Shown here piece by piece: positions 55,165 through 63,186 of a stretch of 64,000 nt of DNA (position 1 is its first letter; each line of letters starts with the position of its first letter). The notes beneath the pieces were generated by a model. It saw nothing but the letters and a program-made list of their open reading frames with translations. It ran no database searches and had not been told where the DNA came from. Location: the IMG/VR virus record IMGVR_UViG_3300025131_000007, positions 71,977 to 135,976 of that record, one strand, 5' to 3'. The DNA comes from a virus. The translations under genes and the position numbers were made by a program.

Positions 55165-57120
55165 ATGGGTGGCGCAGCCGGACACATGAATCACCCTTTT
55201 GATTTAGGGTGGGTAAAAACTGGCTCTGACCTCGTTAAATTTTTTAACAAGGCAAAGAGCTATTTAGAAGAAAAAAATGTTAGCAGTGTCAAAATTGACG
55301 GTGTAAACGTATCTTTTAAGGTTATCGACACCCCTTCGGGTAAACAATTTGCTGTTGATCGGGGATCGGCTGCAGAAGTAGATATCAGCGGAATAACCAT
55401 AGATCGGATTTCTGAAAAGTTTCCGGAAGGTCATGGTATGCGCATTTATATTGCTGAGATGTTAACATTTTTAAATGATGCAATAGACGCTGCGCAGCCT
55501 GCTCTCCGGAAATTAGGATTGTGGGATGACCCGACAAAATTTCTTAATGCCGAATATGCCAAAGAGGGTGTTACAAATATTATCAAATATGATCGTAAAC
55601 TACTCGCGCTTCATGGTGTAAATCAATTTTATGAAAAAATTGCAAAATCTGGGCCCAACAAAGGCAACGTTCGCAATGGTCTTGACAGACCCTTGGTTGT
55701 TAATCCGAAAACTGGAAAAGAGAGACCAATTACAGATGCTAGCAGTGAAATTCCTTACGATCGAGAAGCTTTAAAGGAATTGGTAGAAATACTACAACCT
55801 TTTGGAGAAAAATATGGTTTTTACGTTTATGGCGACATACCATCCGAAAATACCATAGAAATTGACTTTTCTGAGGCATTATCAGAGCCCTTCTCGATTA
55901 AATTGAGTGAAGATAACATAGTTACTAAAAGTATAGAACAGTGGCTAAAAGAAGCTGATAATCCTGGCTATTTTCCTCTTAAAAGAACCGATGGTAAACC
56001 TTCTCACCCCTTTCACAAAGAGTTGTATAAAACTATTTTAAATCAAGACATTCCTTTGATGGATTACATTATAGAAAGAGATCCAGAAAATCCGGTGGAT
56101 TGGGATAAGGCCGTCGATGGGATAGTTATGTTGCATGCCACTCGAATGTTGGGAAACCAAGTATTAAAAACACTCGAAAGCGAATTGGGAAATTTAAAAA
56201 ATCACGAAGGTGTTATTTTCCGGAATAGTGAAATATTTGGCACTCAAAAGCCTGTTAAGATAACAGGTGATTTTATTGTTGGCGGTACAGAATCTGAATT
56301 TCAAAAAGTCAAGACTCTTGAAGAGGAAGAAGTTGAAGTGATCCCGGACAAGAAAACTACCGCTATTGTTCCGGGAGCATTTAAGCCTCCCCACAAAGGT
56401 CACGCAGACATGGTAAGAAAGTATGCTGAAAAGGCAGATGAAGTAATTGTTTTAATATCCAATCCGACCAAATTTGCGCGTAAATTACCAAATGGAAAAG
56501 AAGTAACAGCGAAGCATTCCGAAAGAATCTGGAATGAGGTGTTTGGCCCCGATCTTCCCGGAAATGTTAAAATTCAAAAATCACCAAAAGCTAGTCCACT
56601 TCAGGCTGTGTTTGATGCTATTGGGAAAGACGGCCCTTTTAATCCAGAAACCGATCGAGTTATTTTGGGGGCCAGCGATAAAACAGATGACAAAACAGAT
56701 CTGCCGGATTGGCATAGATGGATTGGTGCTGAGAAATATGCTAAAGACGGTCTAGAAGTATTATATGGAGATGAACATGTGGTTAATTGCACTGAAAGGG
56801 ATTGTGGTATACCATTTAGTGCGTCGACGATGAGAGATGATTTGTTAAAGAGACTTATTGACGATCCGACAGACAAAGAAGCATATAATGATCTAACTGA
56901 GTTTTTTCCAAAAAAGAGAATCGATGTTTTGTTCTCGATACTAAATCTTGAACCTCCAAGAATAGATTCTGAAGAGATTGAAGAGACCAGTGCGGCCGGT
57001 GTAGGCGCCATGGCAGGTGCGCCGAAACCTATAGGAAAGCGTGACCCAAGAAAAAATGAAAGTATTGTAACTATAGATGAGGTTATGAGACTAATTATGG
57101 AAAGAGGCATATTACAATGA
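55165..57120 (+). CDS. fusion of ligase-like (KxDG) domain and HxGH cytidylyltransferase-like domain
   Basis: SVKIDG...HEGVI...KITG; GAFKPPHKGH...SASTMR. Confidence 0.75.
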   Translation: MGGAAGHMNHPFDLGWVKTGSDLVKFFNKAKSYLEEKNVSSVKIDGVNVSFKVIDTPSGKQFAVDRGSAAEVDISGITIDRISEKFPEGHGMRIYIAEMLTFLNDAIDAAQPALRKLGLWDDPTKFLNAEYAKEGVTNIIKYDRKLLALHGVNQFYEKIAKSGPNKGNVRNGLDRPLVVNPKTGKERPITDASSEIPYDREALKELVEILQPFGEKYGFYVYGDIPSENTIEIDFSEALSEPFSIKLSEDNIVTKSIEQWLKEADNPGYFPLKRTDGKPSHPFHKELYKTILNQDIPLMDYIIERDPENPVDWDKAVDGIVMLHATRMLGNQVLKTLESELGNLKNHEGVIFRNSEIFGTQKPVKITGDFIVGGTESEFQKVKTLEEEEVEVIPDKKTTAIVPGAFKPPHKGHADMVRKYAEKADEVIVLISNPTKFARKLPNGKEVTAKHSERIWNEVFGPDLPGNVKIQKSPKASPLQAVFDAIGKDGPFNPETDRVILGASDKTDDKTDLPDWHRWIGAEKYAKDGLEVLYGDEHVVNCTERDCGIPFSASTMRDDLLKRLIDDPTDKEAYNDLTEFFPKKRIDVLFSILNLEPPRIDSEEIEETSAAGVGAMAGAPKPIGKRDPRKNESIVTIDEVMRLIMERGILQ

Positions 57121-57908
57121 ATCAACAAGAAGAAACACTATTGCGAGAAAATATTAGAGAGTTAATTAAAGTCATTCAACGGAAAAAACACCACAAATCC
57201 TCTCAAATACAAGAAGCTTTGAAAGAATTAATGTTTCTAGAATTACAATCGATGGTAAGTGAGAGATCTGTTCCAGACGTAGATCCCACTCCTAATAAAT
57301 CTACGGGAATTAATGTTTTAGAAGATCTATTGAAGAAAATTGTTCCTCAATTAGAAATGGATTACAAACAATTGACCACTAATCCGGATCAGAGACAGTC
57401 TTTTCGTTCCCACATTGTTAATGCTGTTATAAAAACACTCAGCCCTGTTGAAATAAATGATAAAGCCGGCGATGCTGCAGCATCAGACTTAAACGAACAA
57501 GATATTGAAGTTAATCTTGGAGGCGAAGACGACGATAAGTTTATTGACATTCGCACAGATGCAGAAAAGAAATCAGAAGAAGAAGATGTCGATCCACGTG
57601 AAGACTTTGCGCAAGGAGTCGAAGGTCAAAATGACGAAACTGGTCGCAACATGGCTTATAACACTTTTCATAAAATCGAGACTTCAGTGGTTGATAGTTA
57701 TCAATTGTTATCTAACGAAGAAGACCAGGAATTGTTTTATGATTATTTGATCGCAAACTTAAAACTTTATTTTGATAAGTTTGAAGCCGAACTTGAAGCC
57801 ACGGTTCCAGAACCAACTAATCAAGCTTATGACACTGCGGCAGAAGATCCGATGGGTGGAGAACTTGGTGGTGAAGAAGGCGAAGAAGAGTTGGATATAG
57901 AATTATGA
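57117..57908 (+). CDS. acidic conserved hypothetical (virion-like) protein
   Basis: ATGA coupling; LRENIR leader; D/E-rich. Confidence 0.75.
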   Translation: MNQQEETLLRENIRELIKVIQRKKHHKSSQIQEALKELMFLELQSMVSERSVPDVDPTPNKSTGINVLEDLLKKIVPQLEMDYKQLTTNPDQRQSFRSHIVNAVIKTLSPVEINDKAGDAAASDLNEQDIEVNLGGEDDDKFIDIRTDAEKKSEEEDVDPREDFAQGVEGQNDETGRNMAYNTFHKIETSVVDSYQLLSNEEDQELFYDYLIANLKLYFDKFEAELEATVPEPTNQAYDTAAEDPMGGELGGEEGEEELDIEL

Positions 57909-57933
57909 AAACAACAAAAAGGTACATAAGACT

Positions 57934-59094
57934 ATGAAGCTTATACTAGAGAATTGGAATCGTTATATCGACGAAACTGAAAGCAGATCTGCTTGTGGTG
58001 ATATATATTTATTTGAAGAGAATAATATAAAGAAAAGCAGTTTTTATGATAGCCTCAACTCTCTCACAGAATCTGAGGATAGTATAGAGCTTTTCTTAGA
58101 AAATTGGGAACGATCAATTGATTATGTATTTGAAAATCTAAACGAAGTTAGCGGCGGCGATATTAGTCAAGCAATCCTTCAGGCAGAAGTACAAGCAATG
58201 ATGTTGCTTGGACGCGGAAAAGACAAAGCTCTTAAAAGTGTGGCGAAGACTATTAATAAAATTAAGGGCGCGCTTCCTAAAATTGAAGATCCTAAAAAAG
58301 CCAAGATTGCAAAATATGCTCTTGGTGGATTGGCTGCGGCCGCAATTGCGGCGGCGTTGGTTACATATGGAGCATTGGGTGGCGATCCTAATGATCTTCA
58401 AGCAGTGGTACAGGCCGGAAGCGATGTGGTTCCAGAAATTGCTGCACAAGCCAGCGAAGCGCTTCAGAGTACGGATAAGCAAGCTGTTGGAGAAATAGCG
58501 TCTAAAGTAATGGAGACTGCCTCACAAGCGTCAGATCAATTAGGCAATGTAAATGATCAAACTGCACAACAAATGGCTAAACAAATGGATCAAACTTTAA
58601 ATACTAGTATGTTCGATCTTGATGCGGGATTCTTTGACGCGGAGGACAACAATATACATAGCCAGGATAGTCAGGATTCTTCTCAAGCAAATATAGATTA
58701 TGGTGACAACCCACCCACAGGCCTAAGAGGCGCTAGCCGTCGCGTAATGCAAGGAATGCAACAGTTTATTCCTGATAGTGGCAGTGTGGAGATTAGAGTA
58801 AAAACTAACGGATTACTGCCCGATTGGTTTGATGCTGAAGCTATTACACGTAATTTACAGAAGAAATACCCCAATGCAAATATTTCATTTAATACTCCAG
58901 TCGAATGGTATGAAACTGCCCAAGAAGCCGGCATAAGAGATGCTGGAGTGGAAAATGGAAAAACGTTTCTAAATTTTGATTTATGGCCCCGCGAAGGTGG
59001 AACTCAGGTATCAGTTAACCCAATAGTTTGGAACAAGAAGTCTGGTGGTGCCGGTGAGGGAATTATGAAACAGATTTTATTTAAAGAATTTTAA
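57934..59094 (+). CDS. protein with MKLILENW leader and central TM
   Basis: YALGGLAAAAIAAALV hydrophobic segment. Confidence 0.75.
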   Translation: MKLILENWNRYIDETESRSACGDIYLFEENNIKKSSFYDSLNSLTESEDSIELFLENWERSIDYVFENLNEVSGGDISQAILQAEVQAMMLLGRGKDKALKSVAKTINKIKGALPKIEDPKKAKIAKYALGGLAAAAIAAALVTYGALGGDPNDLQAVVQAGSDVVPEIAAQASEALQSTDKQAVGEIASKVMETASQASDQLGNVNDQTAQQMAKQMDQTLNTSMFDLDAGFFDAEDNNIHSQDSQDSSQANIDYGDNPPTGLRGASRRVMQGMQQFIPDSGSVEIRVKTNGLLPDWFDAEAITRNLQKKYPNANISFNTPVEWYETAQEAGIRDAGVENGKTFLNFDLWPREGGTQVSVNPIVWNKKSGGAGEGIMKQILFKEF

Positions 59095-59102
59095 CTTTTT
59101 TC

Positions 59103-59131
59103 TTGACAGACTGAATGAACCCTGTTATATT
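59103..59131 (+). promoter_or_regulatory. sigma70-type promoter
   Basis: TTGACA-17-TATATT with TG extension. Confidence 0.75.
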
Positions 59132-59193
59132 GTTAGTATGTTCTGCAACCGGTCTTCTTAATCTTATTCTTATTTAATATACTATTATTTATA

Positions 59194-59613
59194 ATGACTT
59201 ATACTAATAAAAAATATATAACTACTAAATCTAAAAGTGTTATAATCAAATTACAAGACGAAGCCAAAGTAAATGATGAATTACTTTCTTTAATCTCAGG
59301 TCTTTCTTTAGAAGATCTTATTGCTGTCAAGTTAGAACTTGCATGTCACCATGTTAATAACCGATTATATGGTTTTAGTATATGGAAGCAAGCAAATAGA
59401 ATAACCAAAGAAGCTATTCTTAAATTTGCTATTTCTACCACTAAATCAAAAAAAGATGCAGCTAGATTTTTGGGAATTACTTATTTGGAGCTTAAACAAG
59501 TATTAAAAAAATTTAATATCGATAATTACTTTAAAGAAGAGACTCCTATAGGCCATTCTATCTATGAACCAGGAGGCTCCATGTCCACCAAGAGCCTTTC
59601 ACCGTCGGAGTAA
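59194..59613 (+). CDS. Fis-type HTH DNA-binding protein
   Basis: KSKKDAARFLGITYLEL...LKKF. Confidence 0.65.
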   Translation: MTYTNKKYITTKSKSVIIKLQDEAKVNDELLSLISGLSLEDLIAVKLELACHHVNNRLYGFSIWKQANRITKEAILKFAISTTKSKKDAARFLGITYLELKQVLKKFNIDNYFKEETPIGHSIYEPGGSMSTKSLSPSE

Positions 59614-59691
59614 GGATTAATTCAAAAAATAAACTGGGGCTAGCGAGTGGTGAGCAAAAGATCCACGGCCATCGTTTTTTAAGGAACTATT

Positions 59692-59902
59692 ATGGATACA
59701 GCCGATACAGGAAATGAAGACGCAGGATTTCAGCATTACTGGGATGACGAACATGATCATCAGAGTGCTGCTGAAATTGCTAATGAATCTGGTGGAATAA
59801 GCTGCAACTCTTTGGGGGCTCAAACCACTCTTCAGTCTTGTAATTGTGGTATTATTTTTTCTATTTTTACGTCAGTTGGATAAACGCACTGACTATTACT
59901 AA
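59692..59902 (+). pseudogene. acidic DTADTG peptide with C-terminal TM in the +1 frame (frameshifted)
   Basis: 0-frame stops at 59883; +1 frame from 59825 gives PLFSLVIVVLFFLFLRQLDKR, stop 59902. Confidence 0.45.
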
Positions 59903-59907
59903 TTAAC

Positions 59908-60246
59908 GGGGGCGAAATGGTTTCGACGGGGTAGAACTCGGAGGCCGAGTGCAGGTAGGTAAGATACAACCTTAAAAGTTCAAATTGCAGTAACTGCAAA
60001 TAACAATTATTACTACGAAGAAGTTCGCTTAGCGGCTTAATCGGGTGGCTGCTCTAAGCCATCTGTCCAATTAGAGCAACACAACAGACAAGTTGTAAAA
60101 ATCAAAAAACTCGGTGCAACAGGGCAGTAAGCATCGTTTTAAAGCTGCCTACCTTTGTTAATTTGTGATAGTAAATTAGCTATGCCTGTGAATGACTCTA
60201 ATCTAAGCTGCTGCGGACGCGGGTTCGACTCCCGCCGCCTCCACCA
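59908..60246 (+). ncRNA. ssrA: tmRNA
   Basis: 5' GGGGGCG pairs with 3' CGCCTCC-A-CCA with G3-U; GGTTTCGAC 5' motif; T-arm GCGGGTTCGACTCCCGC; tag ORF 59996-60040 ANNNYYYEEVRLAA*. Confidence 0.96.
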
Positions 60247-60590
60247 TTAACATCATAAGGAGATATTATGAGGCCCTCGAACCGAATTCCTACTCATCCT
60301 GGAGAAATCCTTCTTGAGGAATTTTTAAAGCCTGCTGAAATGACGCAAGTGGCACTGGCCGCCCATTTGGGTGTTCCGCTGCAGCGAATCAACCAAATCA
60401 TCCGTGGCAAAAGAGGCATTACGCCCCAAACCGCTTGGCTCTTGTCTCAGGCACTGGGTACCACACCTGAATTTTGGATGAATCTACAGAACGCATTCAA
60501 TCTTGCTCTTTCAAAACCAAAGGAGAGCATAATTCCAATAACGCTGACCACCTGAACCTCCCCCATTAACATCATAAGGAGATATTATGA
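60238..60590 (+). repeat. 34-bp direct repeat flanking higA (60238-60271 and 60557-60590)
   Basis: CCTCC(A/C)CCATTAACATCATAAGGAGATATTATGA, one mismatch. Confidence 0.9.
60268..60555 (+). CDS. higA: HigA-family antitoxin (HTH), orphan
   Basis: PTHPGEILLEEFL.P..TQ..LA..LGV...RINQII.GKRGIT...A..L...LGTTPEFWMNLQ. Confidence 0.93.
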   Translation: MRPSNRIPTHPGEILLEEFLKPAEMTQVALAAHLGVPLQRINQIIRGKRGITPQTAWLLSQALGTTPEFWMNLQNAFNLALSKPKESIIPITLTT

Positions 60591-61468
60591 ACATATTTGA
60601 ATACAGCGAAGCAATTAGGAAAATGAGAGATTTTTTCCAAGGAGAAAAAGGATTTATAGAGATCCCTTCTCAATCTCGCAGATCAATATTGGCTGCATGC
60701 GAAGATCCAAAAACAATTAGCCAATATATTTTTAGTGGAGTTAACTGGCCACTTCCTCAAACGGGGCAAATGTGGTTAGAAAAAGAGCTACTGAATCACC
60801 CAACAGTTCCGGGTGTTTTTTGTATCTCGACCTCTTATCGTAATGAGCCCGATCCAATTCCAGGCCGGCATGATAAAATTTTTCCAATGTTTGAGTTTGA
60901 ATCACAGGGAAATGTTGATGACATGATAAATCTAGAATTAGAATTGTTGGATTTCTTAGGATTCGAAACTAATGGCATGAATGGCGCGCCACCACCATCA
61001 CAAGCAAAAAAAACTCATAACGGCCCCTATTTTATAAAATATGATGAAGCGTGTATGGAACTCAACACAGGAACTCAACACTTAGAAGCAGAACACGAAA
61101 CGTATCTTCAGAAACGGCTTAGTGATATTATTTTCCTTACAGATTTTCCTTTAAGATCCGATCCATTTTGGAACATGAAACAAATAGAAGGCGGATCTCA
61201 TTTTAATAAAGTAGATGTTCTGCTCTATGGGATGGAAACAATCGGCAGTGCCGAACGCTCTTGTAATGTTAATGAAATGAGAGATTTGTTTTATACAATT
61301 TCAGATGGTCAATATGCAAAATTACTTTTTAATCATTTTGGAAAATTAAGAGTAGAAAGAGAACTGGAAAGTTATTTTTCTTTAAACATGTTCCAAAGAT
61401 TTGGAGGCGGAATAGGGCTTACACGTATATGTAGAGCGCTACGACTACTTAACGAATCGCGAGTGTAG
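60587..61468 (+). CDS. class IIb aminoacyl-tRNA synthetase-like protein (AsnRS-related, catalytic domain only)
   Basis: LPQTGQMWLE, motif 2 SYRNE...RH..F.MFEFE, ETIGSAER, motif 3 GGGIGLTR; no OB anticodon domain. Confidence 0.85.
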   Translation: MNIFEYSEAIRKMRDFFQGEKGFIEIPSQSRRSILAACEDPKTISQYIFSGVNWPLPQTGQMWLEKELLNHPTVPGVFCISTSYRNEPDPIPGRHDKIFPMFEFESQGNVDDMINLELELLDFLGFETNGMNGAPPPSQAKKTHNGPYFIKYDEACMELNTGTQHLEAEHETYLQKRLSDIIFLTDFPLRSDPFWNMKQIEGGSHFNKVDVLLYGMETIGSAERSCNVNEMRDLFYTISDGQYAKLLFNHFGKLRVERELESYFSLNMFQRFGGGIGLTRICRALRLLNESRV

Positions 61469-61534
61469 CTCAGTTGGTAGAGCATCACGTTGCCAACGTG
61501 AATGTCATGGGTTCGAACCCCATTACTCGCTCCA
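61459..61534 (+). tRNA. tRNA-Gly(GCC)
   Basis: GCGAGTG/TACTCGC acceptor stem, D-arm GCTC/GAGC, anticodon loop TTGCCAA, TTCGAA T-loop, U73 and encoded CCA. Confidence 0.97.
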
Positions 61535-61554
61535 TTTTTTATTAAGGAATAGTT

Positions 61555-62784
61555 ATGTTTAATTTATTATTGAGTAGTCTTTTGTGGGCTTCACCCCTAA
61601 GTGACTCGGAAACGTCTTATACGGGTGCTACTATCTTAGAAGGCGATGTTGATGTATCGTTCAACAGTGTTGTTAATCTTGATTACGAATCAGATACGCG
61701 TTCGTATGCTTGGTTTGAAGGCAACACCCTCTACATCGGAAATTCCGATGAATACGGAAATTCAGTTGATGGTATCGTGGAATTTTATTGGTTTCAGTCT
61801 TCGATTGATAGAGGTAGTGATTTCTATGTCGCAGTTATTAAAGCACGTGCCACCCCGGGAGATGACTGCCCCGGCTGGCAAAGTTTGTGGTTTGATCACA
61901 ATTGTGAACTATGGGCTGACGATTGGCAAGATTGGGGTGAATACCCAGTGCTTTCAGTGGAAGCTATGACCGATGTCAATCGCGAACAAGGTGCTTTCCG
62001 TTGGGATTGGGCCGTTCCTTTTGAGAATTATGGAATCGACGCATATGGTCAAGTCACCTTCTCCAATCAATATGGTATTGGTATGAACGCCGAAGGTGCT
62101 GTTATGGCACATGGTGAAATCCCATTGGATGAAGAAGGAAACGTGCAAGCAGCAGGGAATGTGCAAGTGAAAGGGTATATGAGCCCCGAGTATAGCGTGA
62201 GAACCCAATACGAAGTCACCCTATACGAATGGGATGTGTTTGTGAATGGTCGCGCCGACCTTATGGCGTGGGATACTTATCTCAATTTGGGAGTGAGAGC
62301 AGATCAATCCGCTTATCACGAATACTTTATGAGCATCCAAGTAGAACAAGGGGAAACTTTTGTTTTGGATGAGATTAATTTTGTTTCTCATTTTGATATT
62401 GGAAACCTAAATCCATTCGCAAAAGAAGTTGGCTTCTCCCTTCAGCATATAGAAATAAATACGCCTTTTTGGGAACCAGAAGAAGACGAAGGAGAAGAGT
62501 GGGAAAACTCTCCAGAACCGGCAGATGAAGAAGAAATTGTAGAAGAAGAGCATCCAGAGATAACGGAGAATGAAACAGAAAATATCCCCGACGATAGTGA
62601 TATACCTTCTTTATCTTATGACGAAGAGCCAATTAAAACAGGGTGTAGCACTTATTCGCCCGACACTTTGGATGCTTTGCTTTTTATTATGTTGTTTGTG
62701 GCTTCTTTGTTCCGTAGACAAGAAATTTGCGAAGCATGTGGTTGTATCCCTTGTGACTGCGATTGGGGTAATTTAGACCCATAA
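61555..62784 (+). CDS. secreted/surface protein with acidic linker and MYXO-CTERM-like anchor
   Basis: Signal peptide; E/D/P linker; TGCST...LLFIMLFVASLFRR. Confidence 0.75.
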   Translation: MFNLLLSSLLWASPLSDSETSYTGATILEGDVDVSFNSVVNLDYESDTRSYAWFEGNTLYIGNSDEYGNSVDGIVEFYWFQSSIDRGSDFYVAVIKARATPGDDCPGWQSLWFDHNCELWADDWQDWGEYPVLSVEAMTDVNREQGAFRWDWAVPFENYGIDAYGQVTFSNQYGIGMNAEGAVMAHGEIPLDEEGNVQAAGNVQVKGYMSPEYSVRTQYEVTLYEWDVFVNGRADLMAWDTYLNLGVRADQSAYHEYFMSIQVEQGETFVLDEINFVSHFDIGNLNPFAKEVGFSLQHIEINTPFWEPEEDEGEEWENSPEPADEEEIVEEEHPEITENETENIPDDSDIPSLSYDEEPIKTGCSTYSPDTLDALLFIMLFVASLFRRQEICEACGCIPCDCDWGNLDP

Positions 62785-62839
62785 GAAACTAAAATGTCTC
62801 TTTTTTGCGACATCCCGATCCATTTAAACTGAACTAATC

Positions 62840-62869
62840 CCCCCATGTCTACTTAAGTAGACATGGGGG
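62840..62869. promoter_or_regulatory. perfect 30-bp palindrome covering the RBS of 62877
   Basis: CCCCCATGTCTACTTAAGTAGACATGGGGG. Confidence 0.8.
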
Positions 62870-62876
62870 ATTTATT

Positions 62877-63173
62877 ATGTTTTTAGCACTGTTGGTGGGT
62901 ATTGCAAACGCCGGCGTTTCGGTGTCTATCGTCAATAATACACGAGTGGAGTTTGATACGGAGGCTAGGGCTACACTTTATGTTGCCAATGAGATGGCGT
63001 TTAACCCCCATGACTTCGGTAATGTTTTGGATAAGAACAAATTTAGACTTGGAATTCGTCACAAAGTTGACAATAATTTAAAACTTGATCCACACATTTT
63101 CATTCAAAATCAACGCAAAAACGATTGGGCTTTAGAATACGGGCCAACACTTAGAATAGATGTAAACTTTTAA
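62877..63173 (+). CDS. small secreted beta-strand protein, outer-membrane-like
   Basis: Signal peptide; alternating strands; ends RIDVNF. Confidence 0.65.
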   Translation: MFLALLVGIANAGVSVSIVNNTRVEFDTEARATLYVANEMAFNPHDFGNVLDKNKFRLGIRHKVDNNLKLDPHIFIQNQRKNDWALEYGPTLRIDVNF

Positions 63174-63186
63174 AGGAAGGCAAACA

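Noticed and set aside
59540-59680. Short stems resembling a small RNA or tRNA remnant
   Set aside because: No cloverleaf, T-loop or SRP motif, and pairing is too weak to support a call.
60268-60555. Complete toxin-antitoxin module
   Set aside because: No room or ORF for higB; the upstream sequence is tmRNA.
475-62846. Numerous minus-strand and nested ORFs in the track (e.g. 25929-26534, 56601-57128, 63423-63620)
   Set aside because: They are shadows of better-supported + strand genes or of the RNA hairpin; only 13147-13740 has an RBS, a signal peptide and its own space.
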